The translations under genes were made by a program, and so were the position numbers. A stretch of DNA of 64,000 bases from positions 607-64,606 of the forward strand of contig JAUVXM010000006.1 in the NCBI GenBank assembly GCA_030603565.1, given 5' to 3'. The notes beneath the pieces were generated by a model that made no database searches, had not been told where the DNA came from, and saw only the letters and a program-made list of their open reading frames with translations. This DNA comes from Candidatus Aminicenantes bacterium (GTDB lineage Bacteria; Acidobacteriota; Aminicenantia; Aminicenantales; Aminicenantaceae). Below, in pieces: positions 19,377 through 30,164 of this stretch (the stretch's first letter is position 1; each line of letters starts with the position of its first letter).

Positions 19377-20582
19377 ATGGATAGTAAGTATCTTATTGAC
19401 GTTGAAGATTTATATGGCGCCCATAACTATAACCCCCTGGATGTTGTGATAACAAAGGGAAAAGGGATCTGGGTGTGGGATGTTGAGGGAAATAAATATC
19501 TTGATTTTTTAAGCGCCTATTCTGCAGTAAATCATGGACACTGCCATCCAAGAGTTGTAAAGGCCTTGATTGAACAGGCAAAAAAATTGACATTAACATC
19601 CCGGGCCTTTCGCAATGACCAGTGGCCGCTTCTGACAAAGGAAATTTGCGACCTGACCGGGTATGAAATGGTCCTTGCCATGAACTCCGGAGCAGAAGCA
19701 GTGGAAACTGCTATAAAAGCTGCCCGTATGTGGGGATATCAGAAAAAAGGAATTCCTGAGAATGAAGCGGAGATAATTGTTTGTGCCAATAATTTTCACG
19801 GACGTACCGTGACTATCATAGGTTTTTCTTCAGAGGTGCTTTACCGCAAGGATTTTGGGCCTTTTACTCCAGGATTCGTGGAAATCCCTTATGATGAATT
19901 GGGCGCTCTGGAGGAAGCGATAAACCCCAATACAGCAGCCTTTCTTGTAGAACCGATTCAAGCAGAGGTTGGGATTATCATTCCTAAAGAAGGTTATTTA
20001 AGGAAAGCCAAGCAGCTCTGCAAAGAGAATAATGTATTGTTTATGGCCGATGAGATCCAGACTGGACTGGGGAGAACAGGCAGTCTTTTTGCATGTGATC
20101 ATGAAGGAGTAAAACCGGATATATTGATTATCGGCAAGTCTTTAGGAGGCGGCTGTTATGCTATTTCTGCTGTCCTGAGCCAGCGGGAGATATTAGAGCT
20201 TTTTACTCCCGGCACTCACGGCTCTACTTTTGGCGCAAATCCGTTGGCCTCTGCAGTAGCGCGGGCAGCGCTCCAGGTGATGCAGGGTGAGAAAATGGTG
20301 GAAAATTCCGCTGAAAAGGGAGAATATTTTCTGGATAAACTCAGGACCATCAAGAGCCCGCATATAAAATCTGTCAGAGGAAAGGGTCTTCTTATTGGCA
20401 TAGAATTGTTGTCTGATGCAGGAGGAGCAAGACGCTTTTGTGAAGCCCTGAAAAAAGAAGGACTGCTCTGTAAGGAAACCCACGAGCATGTCATACGTTT
20501 TGCGCCTCCATTGATAATCAGGAAAAAAGATCTGGATTGGGCCTTTAAAAAAATAAAAAAAGTTTTTAAAGAGATAGATTAG
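19377..20582 (+). CDS. rocD: Ornithine--oxo-acid aminotransferase
   Basis: AHNYNPL, DFLSAYSAVNHGHCHP, DEIQTGLGRTG, GK.LGGG, HGSTFG.NPL and LCKETH motifs. Confidence 0.93.
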   Translation: MDSKYLIDVEDLYGAHNYNPLDVVITKGKGIWVWDVEGNKYLDFLSAYSAVNHGHCHPRVVKALIEQAKKLTLTSRAFRNDQWPLLTKEICDLTGYEMVLAMNSGAEAVETAIKAARMWGYQKKGIPENEAEIIVCANNFHGRTVTIIGFSSEVLYRKDFGPFTPGFVEIPYDELGALEEAINPNTAAFLVEPIQAEVGIIIPKEGYLRKAKQLCKENNVLFMADEIQTGLGRTGSLFACDHEGVKPDILIIGKSLGGGCYAISAVLSQREILELFTPGTHGSTFGANPLASAVARAALQVMQGEKMVENSAEKGEYFLDKLRTIKSPHIKSVRGKGLLIGIELLSDAGGARRFCEALKKEGLLCKETHEHVIRFAPPLIIRKKDLDWAFKKIKKVFKEID

Positions 20583-20594
20583 GGGGAGTAGACC

Positions 20595-21794
20595 ATGAAA
20601 AAATCGATCTTTATAGCATTATTCGCAGTGGTGTTTGTTGCCGGATGTATTATTTATGTCCCGAAGCCTTATGATGAACCGTCACCATATGAGGAAAATT
20701 ACTATGAAGATGAGTATGCAGGGGAGAGTTATGAGGAGACTATGGATAGTTCCTATTTTTATGATTATCTTTCTCCTTACGGTTATTGGACAAGACACTT
20801 AAAACATGGCTATGTCTGGATCCCCAATAGTACAGGATATGGCTGGCGTCCCTATTCCCACGGCCGCTGGATGTGGACAGATTTCGGCTGGACCTGGATA
20901 TCTGATTTCGAGTGGGGCTGGGCTCCTTTTCATTATGGCCGCTGGGGCTGGGATAACTATAGCGGCTGGTACTGGAAGCCGGGTACACGCTGGGGGCCGG
21001 CCTGGGTTACCTGGCGAAGAGGCAGTACTTATTTGGGCTGGGCACCCATACCTCCAGGGGTGATATTTATATCAGGTACCGGGATAAGGTCTTTGCCGAA
21101 TAGACTGCCGGATTCTTTTTGGATTTTTGTTGATGGAAGGTATTTTTATAATACTCATTTGAATAGGTATGTACTTCCTCGGGAGAGGAATTTAACTATT
21201 ATTAACTATACTGTTCAAAAAACGAACATAGTATGGCGCGATAGACTAATAATCAACAATGGTATTGATATAAACCATATAAACGGTATAAGCCATCAGA
21301 GAGTAACAAAACATCAGCTTGCAAATTCTCCAAATGTCGGTAAGGCAAAAATAGATAGAGGAAGGATAGAGGTCTTTAAACCGGTTATCAGCAAAAACGA
21401 AGCGGCAGGTCCAAAATCTGTATTGGATAGAAATGAGGTTAAAGAAAAAGTCTCGAGGGAAAAAATCAGAAAATCCGGTGTTAGCGAGGCTGAATGGGCA
21501 GTCAAGAAAAAGCAGGCCCAAGAGCGGGAACTGGCGGTAATGGAAAAAAGCCAGAAAATGGATATACTAGAGATTGAGAAAAAAAATGAGGCTGAAAAGC
21601 GTTCCGTTCGTACTCCAGCTGAAAAGAATAAAGTAGAAAAGAAATACAAAGAAAAGTCAGAAAAATTAAAAGAGCAGCATAAAAAGGAAAAATCCAGTTT
21701 GAAACAACGTCATGAAAAGGAAAAAACAAAAGTAAAAAAGAAGATAGTTAAAAAGGAAGTAAAAAAGCAGACTTACCTGCCTCCTAAGCTTTAA
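20595..21794 (+). CDS. Exported lipoprotein with Trp/Gly-rich domain (DUF6600-like) and Lys/Glu-rich tail
   Basis: Lipobox VAGC; FYDYLSPYGYW, WRPYSHGRW, WGWAPFHYGRW and WGPAWVTWR motifs. Confidence 0.8.
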   Translation: MKKSIFIALFAVVFVAGCIIYVPKPYDEPSPYEENYYEDEYAGESYEETMDSSYFYDYLSPYGYWTRHLKHGYVWIPNSTGYGWRPYSHGRWMWTDFGWTWISDFEWGWAPFHYGRWGWDNYSGWYWKPGTRWGPAWVTWRRGSTYLGWAPIPPGVIFISGTGIRSLPNRLPDSFWIFVDGRYFYNTHLNRYVLPRERNLTIINYTVQKTNIVWRDRLIINNGIDINHINGISHQRVTKHQLANSPNVGKAKIDRGRIEVFKPVISKNEAAGPKSVLDRNEVKEKVSREKIRKSGVSEAEWAVKKKQAQERELAVMEKSQKMDILEIEKKNEAEKRSVRTPAEKNKVEKKYKEKSEKLKEQHKKEKSSLKQRHEKEKTKVKKKIVKKEVKKQTYLPPKL

Positions 21795-21874
21795 TTTAAT
21801 AAGAGAATATGTTAAAATAACCTTTACAAAAACCGGAGTTTTTTTTGCCTCATCCGGTTCCAGCGGATTAAAAA

Positions 21875-23245
21875 ATGGGATATTTAGTTTACGCGCGAAA
21901 GTACAGGCCTAAAACCTTTGAAGAGATGATCGGCCAGAAAGCCGTTGTGCAAACACTTTATAATGCTATAAAAAATGAGCGAGTAGCCCAGGCATATATT
22001 TTTTCGGGAATGAGGGGTGTGGGAAAGACCACAGCCGCCCGTATCCTGGCCAAGGCTTTAAACTGCAAGGAAGGGCCTACCCCGGTTCCCTGCAACCAGT
22101 GTAACTTCTGTCTGGAGATAGATGAAGACCGTTCCCTGGATGTGATCGAGATCGACGGGGCTTCGCATGCCCTTGTTGACGATGTCAGAGCCTTACAGGA
22201 AGGGCTGCAGTATAAACCGGTTAACAGCAGATATAAGGTCATCATCATCGATGAAGTCCATATGCTGGGAAAGTCAGCTTTTAATGCTTTGTTAAAAACT
22301 CTGGAGGAGCCTCCGGAGAATACGGTATTTATTTTTGCCACAACAGAGTTCCACAAGGTTCCCGCCACGATTGTATCCAGATGCCAGTGTTTTAATTTTA
22401 AAAGAATTATACATAAGGATATTTCTGAACATCTTAAATACATTGCGAAAGAGGAAAATATTTCCATTACATCTGCAGGATTAAATCTTTTAACTGAGGC
22501 TGCTGACGGCAGTTTAAGAGATGCCCAAAGCCTGCTTGACCAGGCAGTGTCTTTTTCCGGGAACGATATAAAAGAAGATGACCTTAAAGAAATACTCGCT
22601 ACTGTCAACCAGGAGCTTCTTTTCCAGTTCTCCAGTGCAGTGCTTGAAGAAAAGCCGGATAGGATTTTTGAATTGGTCGAAAAAGTTATAGACAGCGGTT
22701 ATGACCTGAGATATTTTCATGAACAGCTTATCCAGCATTTCCGCAACCTGCTCCTGATCCGCTCAGTAAAAGACACCAGGGATATATTGCCTTTTGGGGA
22801 CAAGGTTCTGGAAAAACTTAGAACTGAAGCGGGCAAAGCCTCGAAAGAGGAGATCCTGCGCTACCTTGATGTCTTACAGGAGTGGGAACAGGGGTTAAAG
22901 TACACTTCCCATCCTCGTATTTATCTTGAGTCGTCTCTAATAAAATTATGCCATTTTAAGCAGATAGTTCCCTTAAAGAAAATCATTGAACAGCTAAAAG
23001 AAAAAAGAGATGGTTTTAGCCCCCGCTCTTCAAGCCGAGCTTTTCCCCAGGTACGTGAAAAGCTGGATGAAAGACCAAAAATATCGGAAATAAAGCAGAT
23101 AAAGCTGGAAAATTCCGGCAATCCTTCAAATAAGGGTATAAAAAAAGAATCGAATACTGATAAGGCATTAAAGGACCCTAAAGTTCAAGAGTTTATGGAT
23201 ACCTTTAAAGCTCAGATCATATCTGTGGAAGAAAAGAAAATATAA
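21875..23245 (+). CDS. dnaX: DNA polymerase III subunit gamma/tau
   Basis: ARKYRP..F, GMRGVGKTT, Zn-binding Cys cluster, IIDEVHML, NALLKTLEEPP and SRC motifs. Confidence 0.97.
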   Translation: MGYLVYARKYRPKTFEEMIGQKAVVQTLYNAIKNERVAQAYIFSGMRGVGKTTAARILAKALNCKEGPTPVPCNQCNFCLEIDEDRSLDVIEIDGASHALVDDVRALQEGLQYKPVNSRYKVIIIDEVHMLGKSAFNALLKTLEEPPENTVFIFATTEFHKVPATIVSRCQCFNFKRIIHKDISEHLKYIAKEENISITSAGLNLLTEAADGSLRDAQSLLDQAVSFSGNDIKEDDLKEILATVNQELLFQFSSAVLEEKPDRIFELVEKVIDSGYDLRYFHEQLIQHFRNLLLIRSVKDTRDILPFGDKVLEKLRTEAGKASKEEILRYLDVLQEWEQGLKYTSHPRIYLESSLIKLCHFKQIVPLKKIIEQLKEKRDGFSPRSSSRAFPQVREKLDERPKISEIKQIKLENSGNPSNKGIKKESNTDKALKDPKVQEFMDTFKAQIISVEEKKI

Positions 23246-23263
23246 TATATGAGGAGATTTTCT

Positions 23264-23575
23264 ATGAAAGGAATGGGAAATATTCAAAATATGCTTAAAC
23301 AGGCTAAAAAAATGCAGGAAAAGATGCAGCAGGAATTATCAGAAATGAAGATAGAGGGCTCCAGCGGAGGCGGTATGGTAACAGTGATCCTTGATGGCAA
23401 TAGAAATCTGATGGATATTAAGATAAATCCTGAAGTGGTGGATAAAGAAGATGTCACGATGCTGCAGGACTTGATCAGTGCTGCTTTTAATGATGCAGCT
23501 GCAAAAGTTGAAGAAGAAATGTCAAGTAAGTTAGGTTCATTAGGGGCAGGGCTGAAAATCCCAGGACTTTCCTGA
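23264..23575 (+). CDS. ybaB: Nucleoid-associated protein YbaB/EbfC
   Basis: KQAKKMQ, GSSGGGMV.V and LQDLI.AAFNDA motifs; GAGGAG RBS before 23264; dnaX-ybaB-recR synteny. Confidence 0.95.
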   Translation: MKGMGNIQNMLKQAKKMQEKMQQELSEMKIEGSSGGGMVTVILDGNRNLMDIKINPEVVDKEDVTMLQDLISAAFNDAAAKVEEEMSSKLGSLGAGLKIPGLS

Positions 23576-24183
23576 TGCTGGAAAAAGATCATCCTTTAAA
23601 TCGTCTTATTGATGAAATTAAAAAGATTCCCGGCATAGGAGCCAAGTCTGCTCAGAGGATTGCTTATTATATGATCAATATTTCAGAGGAAGAGGCTGAC
23701 AGGTTGATAAATGCTATTAAAGACGTTAAGCAAAATATGTTTTACTGCTCAGCCTGCAACAGCCTGACCCATGTTGATCCCTGTTTTCACTGTACAAAAG
23801 AAGTGCAGGATGAGAGAGCCCTATGTATTGTGGAAGAACCATATAATATTTCTGCAATTGAAAAAACCGGAATTTTTAAAGGACGGTACTATGTTCTTTT
23901 AGGAAGGCTTTCACCTTTAAAAGGAATGGGACCTGATGAGTTAAAAACAGATAAATTGGAAAAAATGGTAACAGAAGGTGATTTTAAAGAAATAATCATT
24001 GCCACCAATCCTACAACCGAAGGAGAGGCTACGGCTCTTTATCTTGCCAAGCTTTTAAAAAAATATGATATTAAAATGACCCGTTTAGCCATGGGATTAC
24101 CGGTCGGCTCAGATCTTGATTTTGCCGATCAAATAACTATTAAAAAATCCTTGGAAGGCAGAACGGAAATAAATAATAAATAG
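23575..24183 (+). CDS. recR: Recombination mediator RecR
   Basis: PGIG.KSAQR HhH, C4 zinc finger, ATNPT.EGEATA and RLA.GLPVG motifs. Confidence 0.96.
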   Translation: MLEKDHPLNRLIDEIKKIPGIGAKSAQRIAYYMINISEEEADRLINAIKDVKQNMFYCSACNSLTHVDPCFHCTKEVQDERALCIVEEPYNISAIEKTGIFKGRYYVLLGRLSPLKGMGPDELKTDKLEKMVTEGDFKEIIIATNPTTEGEATALYLAKLLKKYDIKMTRLAMGLPVGSDLDFADQITIKKSLEGRTEINNK

Positions 24184-24202
24184 CAATAATAGGAGATTAT
24201 TA

Positions 24203-27200
24203 ATGAAAAAGATTTATGAGCCCATAGAGGGAAATACAGCTGCTACTCATGTGGGTTATGCTTTTAGTGAAGTCGCTGCAATTTACCCCATCACGCCCTC
24301 ATCGCTTATGGGAGAGCTGGCTGATGCCTGGGCTGCTCAGGGGCGGAAAAATATTTATGGGCAGACTCTTGATGTTATTGAAATGCAATCGGAAGCAGGA
24401 GCATCCGGAGCTGTTCATGGCAGCCTCTCGGCTGGAGCAATGACTACTACCTTTACGGCTTCACAGGGGTTGATGCTGATGCTGCCGAATATGCACAAGA
24501 TAGCAGGGGAAATGCTGCCAACCGTCTTTCATGTGTCAGCACGCTCGCTGGCCTGCCAGTCTCTCTCGATATTTGGAGACCACTCTGATGTTATGTCTGC
24601 CAGAAATACCGGTTTTGCCCTAGTTGCCTCAGGCTCTGTACAGGAAGCTATGGACTTGGCTATAGTAGCGCAACTGTCCACTTTAAAGTCTAAAGTTCCC
24701 TTTCTTCATTTTTTTGACGGTTTTCGGACTTCAAATGAGATCCAGAAAGTGGAGATGGTTCCTTACGAAACTATGGCCGAACTGGTAGAGATGAAATATG
24801 TAGAAGATTTTCGTTCCCGGGCGATGAATCCGGAGAAACCAATGGTAAAAGTAGGAGCACAGAATCCTGATGTATATTTCCAGGGCCGGGAAACCGTTAA
24901 TAAATATTATGATGTGACTCCAGAGATTGTGCAGGAATATATGGATAAAGTAGCTGAAAAGATAGGGCGTAAATACCACCTCTTTGACTATATAGGAGAC
25001 CCGGATGCGGAAAGGGTAATTATCTCAATGGGCTCTTCGACTGAAACTATAGAAGAGGCAGTAAACTATCTGACAAAGCAAGGTGAAAAGGTCGGAGCTG
25101 TAAAAGTAAGGCTATACAGGCCTTTTTCGGCAGAAGCCTTAATTTCAGCCTTGCCGCATACGGTAAAGAAGATAGCAGTGCTTGACCGGACAAAAGAGCC
25201 GGGTGCTTTGGGTGAACCGCTTTATCTTGACATTGCCGTAGCTTTAAGAGAAAAAGATATAAAAATTATTGGGGGAAGATATGGATTGTCTTCCAAGGAA
25301 TTTACTCCTGCTATGGTAAAAGGCGTTTATGACCACCTGGACGGTAAATGTTTTCACGGCTTTACTGTTGGGATTGAAGACGATGTTACCGGAACCTCTA
25401 TTCCTGTTACTGAAAATATCGATACAGAGCCTAAAGGTACTATCCGGTGTAAGTTTTGGGGATATGGTTCGGATGGAACCGTAAGTGCTAATAAAAATTC
25501 CATTAAGATAATCGGGGATAATACAGATATGTATACCCAAGGTTATTTCCAGTATGACTCCAAAAAATCAGGTGGTATAACCGTATCTCATCTGCGGTTT
25601 GGAAAAGAAAAGATTCAGTCTCAGTATCTGCTCAGTCATGTAGATTTTGTTGCCCTCCACAAATCATCCTATATTGGACGCTATGATATCTTGGAAGGAT
25701 TAAAGCAAGGAGGAATTTTTCTGCTTAATTCAAAATGGAAGGCGGACGAAGTCTTTGAGAACCTGACTGAAGATATGCAGAAAGCAATAATAGAAAAAAA
25801 TATCAAGATATATAACATTGATGCTTTGAATATCGCCGAAAAAGTCGGTCTTGGTGCTCGAATCAGCACAGTCATGCAAGCTGCTTTTTTTAAGCTCTCA
25901 GGAGTGCTGCCTGAAGATAAGGCTATTAAGTTAATAAAAAAAGCGGTTAAAAAAACTTTTCTAAAAAAGGGAGAAGATATTGTTAAGATGAATTGGGCAG
26001 CAATTGATCAGGCTGCTGCTGCAATTAAAAAAATCCCGGTTCCCGAAAAAATCAAAAAATTCGCTCCGGTTTCAAAACTGATACCTGATAATGCCGGAGA
26101 ATTTACCAGAAGTGTAATCGACCCCATAATGCATTTTAAAGGCGATAGTATTCCAGTATCAAAAATGCCGTATGACGGATTTGTCCCATCCGGCACCACA
26201 AAGCTGGAAAAAAGGGGAGTGGCTCCCAAGGTGCCGAAGTGGATTCCTGAAAACTGCATTCAATGCAACCAGTGTTCCTTGGTGTGCCCTCATGCTGCTA
26301 TTAGACCAAAACAGATTTCTCCTGAAGATTTAAAGGATGCGCCTGATTCATTTACCACTCTTAAATCCAACACGAAGAATGAGCGTGATTTACAATACAG
26401 GCTTCAGGTGTATGTTGAGGATTGTGTTGGATGTGACGTTTGTGTTAATACCTGTCCGTCTAAAGTCAAGGCCCTGGAAATGGTTCCCATTGAAGAGGCC
26501 AGGGAAGCAGGAGAAACGGAAAAAGCGGAATTTTTTGACCAACTTCCGGATAATGTGCTTGATGGAGTAAAACGTGAGACTGTCAAGGGAAGTCAGTTCC
26601 TGATGCCTTATTTTGAGTTTAGTGGTGCCTGTGGCGGTTGTGGAGAAACTCCTTATGTAAAACTCACGACCCAACTTTTTGGCGACCGAATGATAATAGC
26701 CAATGCGACCGGATGTTCTTCCATATTTGGGGGAACTTTCCCCACGATCCCTTATTGCAAGAATAAACAGGGACAAGGGCCGGCATGGGCCAATTCTCTG
26801 TTTGAGGATAATGCGGAATATGGTTTTGGAATGCGCCTGGCTGTTGATGCCAACCGGAAACAGCTTGTCTATAATATTGAAAAGCTGCTGAAAGCTGGCA
26901 CAACGCCTGAACTGACCCAGGCTCTTCAAAAAAACAAACAGCTTTGGGATTCTGTTGATGATGAAGCTAAAAAAGCGGCAAAAGATGTTAAACAGGCCCT
27001 GCCTAAAGCTTTAAAGCTGGCTTCTGATAAAACTAAACCGGTTTTAGCTAAAATCTCAGAACTGCAGAATCAGCTTGTAGATAAAAGTGTATGGAGTTTT
27101 GGAGGAGATGGCTGGGCCTATGATATAGGTTACGGTGGCTTAGACCATGTTCTGGCTTCCGGCAAAAATATTAATGTTTTAGTACTTGATACTGAAGTGT

Positions 27201-27724
27201 ACTCCAATACAGGAGGACAGGCATCCAAAGCTACACCTACAGGTTCAGTTGCTAAATTTGCTTCATCAGGAAAGAAGACTAAGAAAAAAGACCTTGGGCG
27301 CATGGCTATGACTTACGGCTATGTGTATGTGGCTGCTGTTGCTATGGGTGCTAACCAGAATCAGTGTTTAAAGGCATTTTTAGAAGCTGAAGCTTACAAT
27401 GGTCCTTCCTTAGTAATAGCCTATGCACCCTGTATAAACCATGGAATAGACATGAGCCTGACCCAGCAGGAAGAGAAACTGGCTGTAGATACCGGATACT
27501 GGATTTTATACCGTTATAATCCTGCCCTGGCAGAAGAAGGTAAAAATCCACTACTGTTGGATTCAAGAGAGCCAAAAATAGAATATCAGGCCTTTCTTGA
27601 TAATGAGATTCGTTACCGCACTCTGGTCCGGCAGTATCCTGAACAAGCTAAAATATTATTCAAAAAGGCTGCGAAGGAAGCTAAAGAGAGGTATGAGACT
27701 TACAAAAAATTGGCCGGAAAGTAA
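24203..27724 (+). CDS. nifJ: Pyruvate:ferredoxin (flavodoxin) oxidoreductase, single-chain type
   Basis: YPITPSS, QSEAGA.GAVHG, two 4Fe-4S motifs, FSGACGGCGETPY, GGDGWAYDIG and YAPCINHG motifs. Confidence 0.96.
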   Translation: MKKIYEPIEGNTAATHVGYAFSEVAAIYPITPSSLMGELADAWAAQGRKNIYGQTLDVIEMQSEAGASGAVHGSLSAGAMTTTFTASQGLMLMLPNMHKIAGEMLPTVFHVSARSLACQSLSIFGDHSDVMSARNTGFALVASGSVQEAMDLAIVAQLSTLKSKVPFLHFFDGFRTSNEIQKVEMVPYETMAELVEMKYVEDFRSRAMNPEKPMVKVGAQNPDVYFQGRETVNKYYDVTPEIVQEYMDKVAEKIGRKYHLFDYIGDPDAERVIISMGSSTETIEEAVNYLTKQGEKVGAVKVRLYRPFSAEALISALPHTVKKIAVLDRTKEPGALGEPLYLDIAVALREKDIKIIGGRYGLSSKEFTPAMVKGVYDHLDGKCFHGFTVGIEDDVTGTSIPVTENIDTEPKGTIRCKFWGYGSDGTVSANKNSIKIIGDNTDMYTQGYFQYDSKKSGGITVSHLRFGKEKIQSQYLLSHVDFVALHKSSYIGRYDILEGLKQGGIFLLNSKWKADEVFENLTEDMQKAIIEKNIKIYNIDALNIAEKVGLGARISTVMQAAFFKLSGVLPEDKAIKLIKKAVKKTFLKKGEDIVKMNWAAIDQAAAAIKKIPVPEKIKKFAPVSKLIPDNAGEFTRSVIDPIMHFKGDSIPVSKMPYDGFVPSGTTKLEKRGVAPKVPKWIPENCIQCNQCSLVCPHAAIRPKQISPEDLKDAPDSFTTLKSNTKNERDLQYRLQVYVEDCVGCDVCVNTCPSKVKALEMVPIEEAREAGETEKAEFFDQLPDNVLDGVKRETVKGSQFLMPYFEFSGACGGCGETPYVKLTTQLFGDRMIIANATGCSSIFGGTFPTIPYCKNKQGQGPAWANSLFEDNAEYGFGMRLAVDANRKQLVYNIEKLLKAGTTPELTQALQKNKQLWDSVDDEAKKAAKDVKQALPKALKLASDKTKPVLAKISELQNQLVDKSVWSFGGDGWAYDIGYGGLDHVLASGKNINVLVLDTEVYSNTGGQASKATPTGSVAKFASSGKKTKKKDLGRMAMTYGYVYVAAVAMGANQNQCLKAFLEAEAYNGPSLVIAYAPCINHGIDMSLTQQEEKLAVDTGYWILYRYNPALAEEGKNPLLLDSREPKIEYQAFLDNEIRYRTLVRQYPEQAKILFKKAAKEAKERYETYKKLAGK

Positions 27725-27744
27725 AATAAAGGAGCGCTTCAATA

Positions 27745-27782
27745 GGAGTTCCCCCTAAAGCCTGGACACGGGTAAGTCCCTG
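27745..27782 (-). repeat. Truncated family A end fused to a family B half-site
   Basis: Reverse complement reads CAGGGACTTACCCGTGTCCAGGC-TTTA-GGGGGAACTCC. Confidence 0.65.
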
Positions 27783-27881
27783 TAATTCCATCTATTTCAA
27801 ATTTTCCTTCAATAATTTGCATATCACCATCCTTCCATATTATATTATGCAAGTAATGCCAATGTGATATGGAGGGAAGCT

Positions 27882-30164
27882 ATGGATAAAATTTCCAGAA
27901 ACAAGACCTGTGGAATTTTTCTGGCTTTGTTATTAATTGTTTGTTCAAATCTAACCGCTAAGCGGGAAGATTCAGCGCAGTTGACTCTGGAGCGTATTTT
28001 TAGCTCAGATGAGTTTTCTCAGGAAAGATTTGGTCCGGCCCGCTGGTTAAAGGATGGTTCCGGATACACTACTCTGGAAGATTCAAAAACTCTGTCTAAA
28101 GGAAAGGATATAATAAAGTATGATCCGGCTTCCTCTAAGCGAGAAGTGCTGGTGACGGCAGAACGTCTGGTCCCGGCAGGAAAAGAAAATCCTTTAAAGA
28201 TAGCAGATTATGCTTGGTCTCCGCAGGGAAACCTGCTGCTTGTTTTTACTGATACAAAGCGTGTTTGGAGGCGAAATACTCGGGGTGATTACTGGATACT
28301 TGATCTTAATACCTGGAAACTCCAAAGACTTGGGGGAAAAGCAGAACCTTCGACTCTTATGTTTGCAAAATTTTCTCAGGACAGCACCCGGGTCGGGTAT
28401 GTGATAAAAAACAATATCTATGTTGAAGACATTAAAGAAGATAGTATAACCAAGTTGACCCATGACGGCTCGGATACGGTCATTAACGGTACTTTTGACT
28501 GGGTTTATGAAGAGGAGTTTTCCCTAAGAGATGGATTTCGCTGGAGCCCTGACGGAAAGCATATTGCTTATTGGCAGCTGGATACAGAGGGAGTGCGGGA
28601 TTTTTATATGATAAATAACACCGACTCTCTCTACCCAAAAATCATTCCCGTACAATATCCCAAAGCCGGAGAAACCAATTCAGCCAGCCGTTTAGGTGTG
28701 GTTAATTCTAAGGGAGGAGAGACCTCTTGGTTTAAGCTTCCAGGAGATTCACGCAATTTTTATTTAGCCCGGATGGACTGGGCAGCAAATTCCGAGGAAA
28801 TAGTCTTTCAGCGGATGAACCGTCTTCAAAATACAATTTGGTTGATGTTGGGAAATATTAAGTCAGGAAAAGTAAAAACCATTCTTACCGAGAAGGAAAA
28901 GACCTGGGTCGAGGTTGTAAATGATTTGAAGTGGTTTGACCAGGGCGCTTATTTCACTTGGGTAAGTGAAAGGGACGGATGGCGGCATGTCTTTTTGATC
29001 TCGCGTTCCGGGCAGGAGGTGCGCTGTATAACTTCTGGAGATTATGATGTTTTAAATATCCAATGTATAGATGATAAAGGAGGCTGGCTCTATTTTACAG
29101 CATCACCGGAAAATCCGACGCAGCGATATCTCTTTCGGGTGCCTCTTTCCGGTTCAGAGAAGCCGGAACGTATAACTCCCTCCGGCAGTATAGGAACTCA
29201 TAGTTATCAGATATCTGAAGACGCGGGAAGGGCATTTCATACATTTTCTTCTTTTGAGAAGCCTCGGGTTACAGAGCTGGTAAGTTTACCCGATCACAAG
29301 ACAATACGCCTTCTTGCTAAAAATACTCGGCTGCGTAATAAAGTGAAGGATTTGGGAAAAAATCCAGTTGAGTTTTTTCGAGTTGATATAGGAGATGGGG
29401 TGGAGCTTGATGCCTGGTGTCTGAAACCGCCGGATTTTAATCCGGCAAAGAAGTATCCGCTCCTTTTCTTTGTTTACGGCGAACCTGCGGCCCAGACTGT
29501 CCTGGATAGGTGGGGTGGAAACCGCTACCTCTGGCATTTACTGCTGGCTCAAAAGGGCTATCTGGTTATGAGTGTGGATAACCGGGGTACTCCCGCACCT
29601 CGTGGCCGGGAATGGCGAAAATCTATCTACCGCCAGATAGGCATACTAGCCTCTAAAGACCAGGCTGCTGCTGCCCGGGCTATAATAAAACAGCGTACTT
29701 ATGTAGATGCCGGGCGGATAGGAGTTTGGGGATGGAGCGGAGGAGGGTCGATGAGCCTTAATCTAATATTCAGGTATCCCGATCTTTATAAAACAGCCAT
29801 GGCTATTGCTTTTGTAAGCAACCAGAGGTTTTATGACACAATATACCAGGAACGTTATATGGGGCTTCCGGATGACAATAAGGAAGGATTTAAAAACGGC
29901 TCACCTATCACTCATGCCCATAAATTGAAGGGGAATCTATTGATAGTACATGGTACCGGTGATGATAATGTCCATTATCAGAGCTGTGAGGCGCTAGTAA
30001 ATGAACTTATAGAGCATAACAGCCATTTTACCATGATGGCATATCCAAACCGCTCTCACGGCATTAACGAAGGAAAAAACACTACCATCCATCTTTATAA
30101 TCTTTTGACCCGCTATTTAAAAGAAAACCTGATGCCGGGTCCGAGAGAAAGGGGGCAAAAATGA
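27882..30164 (+). CDS. Dipeptidyl peptidase IV (S9B family), secreted
   Basis: Signal peptide; DWVYEEE, GWSGGG nucleophile, HGTGDDNVH and NRSHGI motifs. GGAGG RBS before 27882. Confidence 0.93.
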   Translation: MDKISRNKTCGIFLALLLIVCSNLTAKREDSAQLTLERIFSSDEFSQERFGPARWLKDGSGYTTLEDSKTLSKGKDIIKYDPASSKREVLVTAERLVPAGKENPLKIADYAWSPQGNLLLVFTDTKRVWRRNTRGDYWILDLNTWKLQRLGGKAEPSTLMFAKFSQDSTRVGYVIKNNIYVEDIKEDSITKLTHDGSDTVINGTFDWVYEEEFSLRDGFRWSPDGKHIAYWQLDTEGVRDFYMINNTDSLYPKIIPVQYPKAGETNSASRLGVVNSKGGETSWFKLPGDSRNFYLARMDWAANSEEIVFQRMNRLQNTIWLMLGNIKSGKVKTILTEKEKTWVEVVNDLKWFDQGAYFTWVSERDGWRHVFLISRSGQEVRCITSGDYDVLNIQCIDDKGGWLYFTASPENPTQRYLFRVPLSGSEKPERITPSGSIGTHSYQISEDAGRAFHTFSSFEKPRVTELVSLPDHKTIRLLAKNTRLRNKVKDLGKNPVEFFRVDIGDGVELDAWCLKPPDFNPAKKYPLLFFVYGEPAAQTVLDRWGGNRYLWHLLLAQKGYLVMSVDNRGTPAPRGREWRKSIYRQIGILASKDQAAAARAIIKQRTYVDAGRIGVWGWSGGGSMSLNLIFRYPDLYKTAMAIAFVSNQRFYDTIYQERYMGLPDDNKEGFKNGSPITHAHKLKGNLLIVHGTGDDNVHYQSCEALVNELIEHNSHFTMMAYPNRSHGINEGKNTTIHLYNLLTRYLKENLMPGPRERGQK

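Noticed and set aside
22994..23010. dnaX programmed -1 frameshift site
   Set aside because: The A-rich run reads GAA AAA AGA, not the A AAA AAG phase, and no clear stimulatory hairpin was seen.
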